A DNA stretch of 64,000 bases, taken from Escherichia phage vB_EcoM_DE7. The notes beneath the pieces are model-generated. The model was given only the letters and a program-made list of their open reading frames with translations, was not told the origin of the DNA and searched no databases. The stretch lies in the sequence record OL825705.1; one strand, given 5' to 3'. Shown here in pieces: positions 28,126-36,957 of the stretch (position 1 is the stretch's first letter; the number at the start of each line of letters is the position of its first letter). Position numbers and translations under genes: made by a program.

Positions 28126-28548
28126 ATGCAGAAAATGTTTGTTCACCCAGACATAGCTGACTTTGTTAGAGCTTTGCAGAAGTTGGAAGAACTTGACATT
28201 GCTGCTCAACGGGAATATGCTCACCATCACAGGAGAATGGTTGATATACAACATGAAATAGAGTTGTCTGAAAACTATGAAGATGACTTAAAATGCTCTG
28301 TATTTGAGCATATGAAAGATGTTGCTACAGCGAGACGTAAAGCTAAAGACACAGTTGCTTTACTAGATTCTCTTAAAAAGAAGTTGCAAAGTGGTACAGA
28401 CCTGTGTAATCTAGCGTCACTGATTAATGATGTTGAAACTTCTTGGGATAGACATTACTATCCACGTTCTGAAAAGACACTTGACTTTTCTTCATCCGAA
28501 AACTTAAAATGCTCTAGAAAGAAACTTAACCAACTGAGAGAGAAATAA
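28126..28548 (+). CDS. hypothetical protein
   Basis: 140-aa ORF with SD AAAGAGG. Confidence 0.4.
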   Translation: MQKMFVHPDIADFVRALQKLEELDIAAQREYAHHHRRMVDIQHEIELSENYEDDLKCSVFEHMKDVATARRKAKDTVALLDSLKKKLQSGTDLCNLASLINDVETSWDRHYYPRSEKTLDFSSSENLKCSRKKLNQLREK

Positions 28549-28549
28549 T

Positions 28550-29362
28550 ATGAACACTACTGTAGACCAGATGCTTAAAGAAAAAGGTGTTGACGAAGCA
28601 TTCTTAATCAATGCCGTAGAAAGCATGGCTATGATTCTTCGTGGAAACAACTATACAGAACAGTTTATGCCTGCAAGCTATAACTTGCCTAAAGACAAGT
28701 CTGATAACGGTGCTTTTGCAGAACAGGTTAATATGATGCTGTGTGACAAAAAGCTTGCCTTAGCATCTATTGTTGTAGGTGTTGATGCTCTTGCAGAGTT
28801 CATTTTTTATGAGATGCAGAAAAATGACTATATTGCCATGACACCTGAAGAAAAAGACTCGCTACTACTCTTAGATAATAATGAGCTAGTTGACCTGTTA
28901 ATTTCGTCAACGAGTGCTGTTATGGCTGCTCTTGAGAAGCGAATGGAAGAGAAGCTTTCACGGTATGAAAAACTTGATTGGGGTGTAGAAGAGTTAAACC
29001 CACGAATCAAAGAGATTATCCAGCAAACTAAAGACTCTTTAGCAGAAGCTGTGAAAGATGATTCTGTAGCTGATGTAGAACCACTACAGGTTAAGGTTGC
29101 TCTGATGATTCCTGCTATCTCTACGATGATGAATATCGTTGCACTAATCCAACTTTCACAGATGATGGGTACAAGCATTGAGTTCATTGAGAGCATGACT
29201 GGTGGTGTGAGTATGCAAGCCATCAATGATGTTTTGGTAAGCATCGGTGCTTCAATCATTGAAGAGAAGCTTCGCATTAACTTCGGTGATGATTTTGTTA
29301 AGCAAATTTCAGCTATGGCTGAAAAAGAACACTCACAGATTACCAGTGACCAACTGCACTAA
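28550..29362 (+). CDS. hypothetical protein
   Basis: 270-aa ORF tightly coupled to upstream gene. Confidence 0.4.
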   Translation: MNTTVDQMLKEKGVDEAFLINAVESMAMILRGNNYTEQFMPASYNLPKDKSDNGAFAEQVNMMLCDKKLALASIVVGVDALAEFIFYEMQKNDYIAMTPEEKDSLLLLDNNELVDLLISSTSAVMAALEKRMEEKLSRYEKLDWGVEELNPRIKEIIQQTKDSLAEAVKDDSVADVEPLQVKVALMIPAISTMMNIVALIQLSQMMGTSIEFIESMTGGVSMQAINDVLVSIGASIIEEKLRINFGDDFVKQISAMAEKEHSQITSDQLH

Positions 29363-29423
29363 ATCTTTATAAATCTTACAAGCCTCCTTAGTTGGGGGCT
29401 TTTTAGTAATTAAGGGAGACAAA

Positions 29424-30167
29424 ATGAGTGATATTATCGCATTTACTGGAAAGGCACGTTCTGGAAAAGATACCTCATGCTCTATTGTTAAGAATATCCT
29501 AGAAGATGAGTATGGCTACAATGTTGCAGTAATGGCCTATGCAGACAACCTTAAGCTATCTGCATCAAAGATATTTGACTTGACATGGAATGACCTGTAC
29601 GGCGAAACTAAAGAGACTCCACAGGTTTTTGATTTATCATACTCTGAACTTATGTTTAAAGTTACAGAAGCTATGGAGTTTACCTTCAAAGGTGAACGTT
29701 ATCATACGGACTTTAAACTTATGTCAGAGTTAACCGGACGATTAATCATGGAGCTTAAGAAGGTTGCTAAACCGACTCTATTAACACGTCTGGGATTTAG
29801 TAAAAAGTATAAATTCTCATCAAGACAGATTCAACAGATTTGGGGTACTGAAGTTATCCGTAAAGTTATGGGTGACAAATTCTGGGCTAAAGACCTCGAA
29901 AAACGAATGGCAAATTTCTTTGACGTTTGCTCACTTAGAAATCAAGATGGTGTTGTTTTAATCAGTGACTTAAGGTTTGACTCTGAAGCTGAGTGGTTGA
30001 GCAGATTTGCACACCAAATTATTGAAGTAAAAAGAGACAATGTGGATAAGGTTTCATCACATGTTTCAGAAAATGGGATTTCTACCAAATATGCGCGTGA
30101 CATTATCCATAATAATGGTACTCTTGCAGACCTTGAAAGCAAGTTAAGAGCTATCCTGAAAATTTAA
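29424..30167 (+). CDS. deoxynucleoside monophosphate kinase (P-loop)
   Basis: N-terminal IIAFTGKARSGKDTS resembles the T4 gene 1 dNMP kinase P-loop as recalled; size 247 aa. Confidence 0.6.
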   Translation: MSDIIAFTGKARSGKDTSCSIVKNILEDEYGYNVAVMAYADNLKLSASKIFDLTWNDLYGETKETPQVFDLSYSELMFKVTEAMEFTFKGERYHTDFKLMSELTGRLIMELKKVAKPTLLTRLGFSKKYKFSSRQIQQIWGTEVIRKVMGDKFWAKDLEKRMANFFDVCSLRNQDGVVLISDLRFDSEAEWLSRFAHQIIEVKRDNVDKVSSHVSENGISTKYARDIIHNNGTLADLESKLRAILKI

Positions 30168-30175
30168 AAGAGAGA

Positions 30176-30376
30176 ATGAAGATGAGAGTAAAAGATAATT
30201 TCAAAGTTATTGACCATCGTTTAGTGGAACTCTCATCTCTTTCCAATGAGGTAATGATTGAACGTCTTAAGAGAGTTGAATCACGAAGGAAAGAGATTGC
30301 AGATGAAATTCATGAACTGGACAAGATTGAAAACGGGTTGAAGGCAGAACTACAACGAAGAGGTGCTAATGTCTAA
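30176..30376 (+). CDS. hypothetical coiled-coil protein
   Basis: 66-aa ORF overlapping primase start. Confidence 0.3.
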   Translation: MKMRVKDNFKVIDHRLVELSSLSNEVMIERLKRVESRRKEIADEIHELDKIENGLKAELQRRGANV

Positions 30377-32354
30377 AGGTCGTAAATTGAAAGAGGCTGG
30401 TCAGTTTATTGGTCATTGTGCATGTCCACGTTGTGGTTCATCAGATGCTGGTTCAATCTACCACCATGACGATGATTCTTATTCGATGACTTGTTTTAGC
30501 TGTAACAAAGGTTTCCCAGAGTGGGATTTTGATAAAGGACAAATCGTGAGCACTTATTCTACTGGTTCAGATAATAAAAACCGTACTTTCCGTGGAATGG
30601 GTTTAGATGATGTAAAAGAAAACCTAGAAGCGATGGACTTGAAAGACAGGAAGATTCCTGCAAAAGTTCTTGAACGCTTAGGTATCAAGGTTGACATTGA
30701 TAGTGATGGTGAAATTGATGCACATTTCTATCCAACTTACAAACGTAATGAAGATGGCAAGTTAGAACATGTTGGCTACCGTGTTCGTCACCGTTACCCA
30801 GAAGACCATCCAAAAGAACACCTACGTGGTAAGCTAAAAGACTTTTCAGGTGGTGTTGGAGATATTAAAGGTGAACTGGCAATGTTCGGTTCATGGATTG
30901 CTCCAGAAGGTGGAAACCGACTGTTCATCTGGGAAGGTGAGATGGAATGTGCGACAGCTATCTACATGACTTCTTTGGCGATTAAAGATAAGTCTCGTCG
31001 TAAGAATTACTGTCACGTATCTGTTCCATCAGGTGCAAACATCAAGTCTATCAAAGACAACTATCAGTACATCACATCATTTGATGAGATTTACTTGTGC
31101 TTTGATAACGATGAAGCAGGTGCTAAAGCTACCAAAGAGGCTGCTGGTATCCTACCTATTGAGAAGGTTCGTTTATTCCAGTATCCAGAAGGTGTAAAAG
31201 ACCTTAATGAATGGTGGACAAAGTTCTATAAAGAGAAAGACACAGTTCTGGAAGGATTTAAGCAGCGTATCTACAATGCACCTCGTTACTGCCCTGCTGG
31301 TATCAAGAACTTTGCAGACGGTTTTGAGGCAATGAAGAATCGTGGTCAGATTCCATTGATTCCTTTCCCAGAGTCTTTCGGGGATTTGAACAGGCTGACT
31401 TATGGTGGTTATGGTTTAGGTGAGATTACAACTATTGCAGCACCATCTTCAGTAGGTAAGTCAGCTTACACTCGTGAGATGATTTATTCAGCTTGGAAAG
31501 AAACTGATTATAATATCGGTGTAATTCCTGTAGAAGATACTTACGAAGAGTTGATGGAGATGCTCTGTGCAATCCACCTGAGTAAACAGATTTCTGAGAT
31601 TCCTTATGATGAACGGGATTGGGATGAACTAAAAGGAGCACACGCAGAGCTTTCTAAAGGTCGTCGTATCCATATCGTCGACCATCAAGGGGCAATTGAC
31701 CAAGATAACCTGCTAGAGTTTGTTGACTATCTTGTTAACAGCTTAGACTGTAAGATTATCATTCTTGACCCTATTACGTTGGCTCTGTCACGTTCTGATA
31801 CGGATGAAGAGGAAGTTTTGTCTGAGCTATTGCGTCGTTGCAAACGCTACCAGTATGCGCAGGTAAACGTGTGTCACGTTCGTAAGAGTGCAGGTGGTCA
31901 GAAAGCCAACTCTGAAGGTGGAGATATCTCTGAAGAGGATATTAAGGGTTCTGGTGCATACTTCCAGATTTCCATGAACAACATTCTGTTAATGCGTAAC
32001 AAGGTTGACCCAGACCCTGTTAAGAAAAACTTGACAAAAATCAAGTTAACTAAGTGTCGTCGTCATGGTAAGTCAACAGGTATTGCTGGTCATACTTGGT
32101 ACAATCCAGATACAGGACGTCTTATCAAAGCTTCTGGATGTGGTGTTGATATTGATGGTGCAGCAGAAAATATTCGTCAACAGTTTGGTATTGGTGAAGC
32201 TGAAGACCATTACGATGACTCTTTACCTCATTATGAGGATGAAGTGTTTGACCGTGAGACTGGTGAAGTCTATACTGAAGAACAGCGTCAAAGCTCAACG
32301 ATTCCACCTGTATTAAGTGAGGATGCAGATGACTGCCCGTTTGAAACTGAGTGA
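30363..32354 (+). CDS. bifunctional DNA primase-helicase (T7 gp4-like)
   Basis: N-terminal zinc ribbon CPRCGSS ... CFSCN, central primase region, DnaB-type Walker A APSSVGKSAY and Walker B IIILD. Confidence 0.85.
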   Translation: MLMSKGRKLKEAGQFIGHCACPRCGSSDAGSIYHHDDDSYSMTCFSCNKGFPEWDFDKGQIVSTYSTGSDNKNRTFRGMGLDDVKENLEAMDLKDRKIPAKVLERLGIKVDIDSDGEIDAHFYPTYKRNEDGKLEHVGYRVRHRYPEDHPKEHLRGKLKDFSGGVGDIKGELAMFGSWIAPEGGNRLFIWEGEMECATAIYMTSLAIKDKSRRKNYCHVSVPSGANIKSIKDNYQYITSFDEIYLCFDNDEAGAKATKEAAGILPIEKVRLFQYPEGVKDLNEWWTKFYKEKDTVLEGFKQRIYNAPRYCPAGIKNFADGFEAMKNRGQIPLIPFPESFGDLNRLTYGGYGLGEITTIAAPSSVGKSAYTREMIYSAWKETDYNIGVIPVEDTYEELMEMLCAIHLSKQISEIPYDERDWDELKGAHAELSKGRRIHIVDHQGAIDQDNLLEFVDYLVNSLDCKIIILDPITLALSRSDTDEEEVLSELLRRCKRYQYAQVNVCHVRKSAGGQKANSEGGDISEEDIKGSGAYFQISMNNILLMRNKVDPDPVKKNLTKIKLTKCRRHGKSTGIAGHTWYNPDTGRLIKASGCGVDIDGAAENIRQQFGIGEAEDHYDDSLPHYEDEVFDRETGEVYTEEQRQSSTIPPVLSEDADDCPFETE

Positions 32355-32610
32355 TAGTTATAAAAGAGAGGGGTTCATACCCTTCTTTGAAGAAAAAAGT
32401 TTAAATAAATTTCAGGAAGAGTGTTTGACAAAGATTGATAGGTTCTATAGAATGCTTCTCATGAAATGCGATGGGGAGGTTGCTATAAAAGAAGATTCCT
32501 ACCAAAGCACGATTACAGTCATCATTACACTGCCTCAGCATAATATTAGTTGGCTGTTTATAATTAAAGAAAATGTGTTTGAATATCAAGTATATCGGAG
32601 AATATCATGA
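32317..32610 (+). CDS. hypothetical protein (weak)
   Basis: 97-aa ORF overlapping primase-helicase 3' end; coding status uncertain. Confidence 0.2.
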   Translation: MRMQMTARLKLSDSYKREGFIPFFEEKSLNKFQEECLTKIDRFYRMLLMKCDGEVAIKEDSYQSTITVIITLPQHNISWLFIIKENVFEYQVYRRIS

Positions 32611-32762
32611 AACACTCTAAAGCATTTGAAAAAGTTTTTGGGATTCCTTAAAAGCCACTGCTGGCAAACCAGCAAAATACTATGAAGAGAAGCGTGTAAG
32701 AACTGGAAAAACTGCACGCAAAGCCGCTTCTAAAGATAAGCACAACTTCCAGTAATTAATGT

Positions 32763-32827
32763 TTGACAATAGAGTATCAACAAATTAGAATTGGTACTCT
32801 TCATAAATTGAGATAGAGGTTTAAATA
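32763..32827 (+). promoter_or_regulatory. sigma70-like promoter TTGACA-17-TAGAAT and RBS for SSB gene
   Basis: TTGACA 32763-68, TAGAAT 32786-91, SD GAGG before ATG 32828. Confidence 0.5.
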
Positions 32828-33685
32828 ATGTCTAAAGTTGTTAAAATGAAAGCTCCGGTAGAGAAGTACAACGGTACTGAACGTCAAACTCTGCGTTACC
32901 TTCTGAAAGATGTTTGGTTTTATTACCTGAACACTTCACCACGTCCGGGAAAAGGTAAATCCATTGATAAGAAATTCCCAGGAAAAGACTGCAACTATAG
33001 TGTTTCAATTCTGGCAGAAGATGGTAACAAGCTGTTTAAAGAGTTCACTAAGTCTAAGAAAAACCCAGAAGGTTGGGATAAAGTTACTACTGAAGCAGTT
33101 GATGCAGATGACTTTGAAGAGAAGTTTGGTTGCAAACCACCATTTGAAGCAGACACTTACTACATCTTGAAAGTAAGTCGTGCAGCAGCTTATAAGGATG
33201 GTGCTGTGTGGACAGCTAAACAGTCATTCCCTGTAATGCTGATTGAAGAAGTAAATGGTAAGCGTGTAGCTGTTAAACAGCCGATGAAGAAAATCAAAGC
33301 TCAAGCATCTGACAAACATGAAGATGACAAGAACTATGATGTAATTCATCCAGATATCGCAGTCGGTAACGGTTCTTTTGGTAGTGTGATTCTTTCTACT
33401 CACTTCTACACTTTTGAGAACAATGTTCTGACAAAACCTATTCAGGAACAGTTTATCATTGATACCCTTGTACCTTACACTGGTGGTAACGGTGCTAACG
33501 GTGAACCTGAACTGGATGAAGACGAACTTGCTATGCTTGGTCTTGATGGTGTTGAAGATAACGGTGAAATCAATGAAGAAGACGCAAAAGACCACAAACC
33601 TTCTAATGATTCTGATGATGGTGACGATGAAGACTTGCCAGACCCAGATGACGAAGAAGATGAAGACTTCGATACAGAAGACTAA
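32828..33685 (+). CDS. single-stranded DNA-binding protein with acidic C-terminal tail
   Basis: 285 aa; C-terminal DDGDDEDLPDPDDEEDEDFDTED tail like T7 gp2.5-type SSBs; sits between primase-helicase and FEN. Confidence 0.5.
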   Translation: MSKVVKMKAPVEKYNGTERQTLRYLLKDVWFYYLNTSPRPGKGKSIDKKFPGKDCNYSVSILAEDGNKLFKEFTKSKKNPEGWDKVTTEAVDADDFEEKFGCKPPFEADTYYILKVSRAAAYKDGAVWTAKQSFPVMLIEEVNGKRVAVKQPMKKIKAQASDKHEDDKNYDVIHPDIAVGNGSFGSVILSTHFYTFENNVLTKPIQEQFIIDTLVPYTGGNGANGEPELDEDELAMLGLDGVEDNGEINEEDAKDHKPSNDSDDGDDEDLPDPDDEEDEDFDTED

Positions 33686-33699
33686 TCTCTAAAAGTTAC

Positions 33700-33732
33700 T
33701 TTAAAGCCCTGTACTTAGTATGGGGCTTTTTC
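33700..33732 (+). terminator. rho-independent terminator
   Basis: AAGCCC ... GGGCTT hairpin followed by TTTTT after SSB gene. Confidence 0.5.
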
Positions 33733-33747
33733 ATATGGAGAGTCACA

Positions 33748-34788
33748 ATGGAGAAGTATACACTAACAAAACTTCCCGATTCAGTTACACATGTCTTTAT
33801 TGACTCTGACAGTATTGCCTATAAAGGTGCTTGTGTAGTTGAGAAAGCAAAATATAAGTATGTCAATAAACTCACAGCAGAAGAATCTGAACCATTTGAT
33901 AATGCAAAAGATGCTGCAAGATGGTTAGCAGACCAGAGAATCTTTGTAGAAGAGCTTGGCCTAGCATTTGATGAAGATGAATGGGAAAGACAGACTTGGA
34001 AAGAAGCTAAGAGTGAAAAAGAAGCTATCATGGCTACTCAGCAGGTTCTTCAGGAATGGCTTAAGGTTGTTGGTAAAGAAAGAACTTGGGTAGGTTACTT
34101 GACAGAGAAGGGTGTACATAAACATAAAGACATTAAAGGTCTTGAACACCAATATCAAGGTAACCGTAAAGATGCTGTCACACCAACACACTTAGTTGCT
34201 TGTCGTGAATATCTTTTATCCAGACCAGAGTTCAAATTGATTCTTGATGGATTTGAAGCTGACTCTATCGTTATTGCTAAAGCTGAAAAGATGGGAAAAA
34301 AGGCTGCCTTAATGAGTATTGATAAAGACCTTCGCCAAGCTGAAGGTACTTACTGCATTGATATGACCTATGAAAAATCACCTTTAATTTTCATTGCTGA
34401 TAACAACGTTGGTGAAATTTGGGATTGTCCAATAAAATCGACACCAAAAGCTAAGAAGACAGTTGGTGTAGGTTTTAAATTTCTTTGTTATCAAGCTGTG
34501 GCTGGTGATAATGCGGATAATTACTTTGGTTTAAAGGGTGTTGGCAAAGCTGCTGTGATGAAGGCTCTTGAGGGGAAAACAACTTACAAAGAGTGTCTTG
34601 ATGCAATTTACGAGCTATATGCTAAGAAAGACTCCTATACTTATGTATCATGGGATGGTCAAACAATTACCAGAACACCTTTAGAATTAATGCAGCAACA
34701 CTTTTTCTTAGCTTATCAGGAAAGAAATAAGAAAGATGATTTTACTTTTAAGAAATATAATTGGGAGCCATGTATGAATGAAGATTAA
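33748..34788 (+). CDS. 5'-3' exonuclease / flap endonuclease (FEN family)
   Basis: H3TH-like motif GDNADNYFGLKGVGKAAVMKAL and N-terminal acidic catalytic region (VFIDSDS). Confidence 0.8.
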   Translation: MEKYTLTKLPDSVTHVFIDSDSIAYKGACVVEKAKYKYVNKLTAEESEPFDNAKDAARWLADQRIFVEELGLAFDEDEWERQTWKEAKSEKEAIMATQQVLQEWLKVVGKERTWVGYLTEKGVHKHKDIKGLEHQYQGNRKDAVTPTHLVACREYLLSRPEFKLILDGFEADSIVIAKAEKMGKKAALMSIDKDLRQAEGTYCIDMTYEKSPLIFIADNNVGEIWDCPIKSTPKAKKTVGVGFKFLCYQAVAGDNADNYFGLKGVGKAAVMKALEGKTTYKECLDAIYELYAKKDSYTYVSWDGQTITRTPLELMQQHFFLAYQERNKKDDFTFKKYNWEPCMNED

Positions 34789-35275
34789 AGGATTTGGCAA
34801 TTGCCCTACCTATGGTCATTGGGTATCTTTATGTGGGGAAGTTGACCCCACTAAACATTTTGGATTTGTCTATTTAGTACACTGTAAGAAGACTGGACAA
34901 TATTATATAGGAAAAAAACAGTTTAACAGTGTTACCAAAAGAAAAGTTGCTGGGAAGACTCGGAAGAAGATAGTCACTAAGGAAAGTGATTGGATGACTT
35001 ATGAGACTTCTTCTGAGTATATTAAAAAAGATATTGAGAGCTTTGGAAAAGAATTTTTTGACTTTTACATTATCCAAACCTACTACACGAAAGGTGGTCT
35101 AGTTTATGGTGAAGCAAACCTTCAACATAAATTCGATGTAATGACAAAAAGGATTGACTCTAAGCTCAGACTCTTCTACAATGCCAATATTGCAGCAATT
35201 AAGTTTATCACTAAAGAAACTTATGAAGATGCTGAAAAAAGAATCCATAAGGTAATGAAAGCGAATTGTGCTTGA
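34778..35275 (+). CDS. GIY-YIG homing endonuclease
   Basis: N-terminal GFVYLVHCKKTGQYYIGKK GIY-(10)-YIG motif. Confidence 0.7.
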   Translation: MKIKGFGNCPTYGHWVSLCGEVDPTKHFGFVYLVHCKKTGQYYIGKKQFNSVTKRKVAGKTRKKIVTKESDWMTYETSSEYIKKDIESFGKEFFDFYIIQTYYTKGGLVYGEANLQHKFDVMTKRIDSKLRLFYNANIAAIKFITKETYEDAEKRIHKVMKANCA

Positions 35276-35281
35276 TAACTA

Positions 35282-35545
35282 TTGAGAGAGAATAAAATGT
35301 TTAACAAAAGTAAAGCTGTGAGTTATGTAGCAAAGGTTGACAGCAAGATTGAAGAACTTGAGCGCATTCTTGCAAATGCCAGAGAGTCAGTAATTAAAGA
35401 AGTTGAAGCTGTTGAATCTCAAATGCAGCACCTAATGCTCAAACGTCAAGAGTTACGTGAGCATCTGGAATATATTGAAACACGAGAGCTAAAGGTTAAC
35501 AGATATTTTAAGGAGTCCGAATGTTTAACTCAAGAGAATCAGTAA
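35282..35545 (+). CDS. hypothetical coiled-coil protein
   Basis: 87-aa ORF with SD GAGAGAGA. Confidence 0.35.
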   Translation: MRENKMFNKSKAVSYVAKVDSKIEELERILANARESVIKEVEAVESQMQHLMLKRQELREHLEYIETRELKVNRYFKESECLTQENQ

Positions 35546-36276
35546 AAAACTGGAATCTTCGTTGCGGAAACACCCAAAAGCAACCTTACAGTGGTGAGTA
35601 TTGGGAATCTTTGAAATCCCAGTCTCTGTGTATGCTTGAAGAAGCAAAAGAGCTTGTAAAAGCAATTGAAGAGAAAGACCCCATTGAGACATTGGATGCT
35701 CAGGCAGATTTGCAATATGTTCTTGACGGTTTGATTTACCTGTCACAACATGACCATAACGGTGCTATGAAAGCTGTTTGCCATAATAATGACCTGAAGT
35801 ACACAGACGACTATGAAGAAGCTTTAAAACGTCTTGCAGATATTGAGAAGCGTACTGGTCAAGAGTGTATCATCAGAATGTCAGTAGTTGATGGTAAAGA
35901 ATGGTATGCGATTGTCCGTGCAGCCGATGGGAAGATTATGAAGCAATCAAATCTCCCTAAAGTACAGCTTGGTGAATACATTGTAGAGCTTGAAAGCCAA
36001 GAACTTTTTGTGGTAGTATCTGAGACATGCGTTATCTGCAAAGGTATTGTAGGTAGCTTAAAGGATTTGGGTGTAGATGGTTTTGTAGAAGTTAATCCAA
36101 TTACCTCTAAAGCAGATAAAGATTTCTGTAAAGAGAATGGACTATGGATTGCAGATATTGTTTACTACGATGGTGAGCAGTTCCATGTAACCTCATACCC
36201 GAAACTGAATTATGATGCTAATAACCTGAAGTGCTGGTTAAAAGGGGTTGGTTATAATGGATTCACAGAACATTAA
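35521..36276 (+). CDS. hypothetical protein (possible MazG-like N-terminal domain)
   Basis: 251 aa; EEAKELVKAIEE ... DLQYVLDGL loosely resembles NTP pyrophosphohydrolase helices; weak. Confidence 0.3.
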   Translation: MFNSRESVKNWNLRCGNTQKQPYSGEYWESLKSQSLCMLEEAKELVKAIEEKDPIETLDAQADLQYVLDGLIYLSQHDHNGAMKAVCHNNDLKYTDDYEEALKRLADIEKRTGQECIIRMSVVDGKEWYAIVRAADGKIMKQSNLPKVQLGEYIVELESQELFVVVSETCVICKGIVGSLKDLGVDGFVEVNPITSKADKDFCKENGLWIADIVYYDGEQFHVTSYPKLNYDANNLKCWLKGVGYNGFTEH

Positions 36277-36580
36277 TAAAGAAGGTGTGGCTCAGAAGAG
36301 CCACTTTTCAAACTACAATATCTCTATGACGGTATTTATGAATGACCCGTTACTTGAGAAGTATGGTGAGACTCCAGATACACTTCTGGATAATGAACAA
36401 GTTTTAAAAGCAGTCCTGTACAAATATGGGATTGATATCGAGAAAGAGTATTCCTTTGAAATCTGCCTACACAGAAATACTTTTGGGAAAGTTGTGATGG
36501 CTCCACTCTTCATGGGTGTAGAAAGAACTGACTATGGTTGGTTATATCTAAAAAGAAACTTGGAGAAATACCGTGTCTAA
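36248..36580 (+). CDS. hypothetical protein
   Basis: 110-aa ORF. Confidence 0.3.
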   Translation: MVIMDSQNINKEGVAQKSHFSNYNISMTVFMNDPLLEKYGETPDTLLDNEQVLKAVLYKYGIDIEKEYSFEICLHRNTFGKVVMAPLFMGVERTDYGWLYLKRNLEKYRV

Positions 36581-36911
36581 AGCAAAAAAGTTATCTTATG
36601 ATGACATTGTCTCAGGTGCTAAGTTAGGTGTGGACAGTATCTGGCAAGACGTTAAGCACGGAGACACAGTTATGTACTGTGATGACCGAAGAGGAAGAAG
36701 TGCAATCTTGTTTGGAAGAATTGTTTGCAAGATACGAGGTAATTACGTTGTTGCAGACATGGATGTGAACGTTACACAAAAACTTGAAACAATTATGGAT
36801 GCTAGTGCACCATTATGGTTCTCCCTGAATTGTATGCACACTTCTTCAGTCACAAAAGTAAGTGATAAGTTTTACGATATGTGGCAGAATGAGCAAATTT
36901 TCAAGATTTAA
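36573..36911 (+). CDS. hypothetical protein
   Basis: 112-aa ORF followed by strong terminator. Confidence 0.35.
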   Translation: MSKAKKLSYDDIVSGAKLGVDSIWQDVKHGDTVMYCDDRRGRSAILFGRIVCKIRGNYVVADMDVNVTQKLETIMDASAPLWFSLNCMHTSSVTKVSDKFYDMWQNEQIFKI

Positions 36912-36917
36912 ACTAGG

Positions 36918-36940
36918 GAGCCTCTTCGGAGGCTCTTTTC
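36918..36940 (+). terminator. rho-independent terminator
   Basis: GAGCCTC-TTCG-GAGGCTC hairpin followed by TTTT. Confidence 0.65.
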
Positions 36941-36957
36941 ATCTGTAGGATTCAAAA

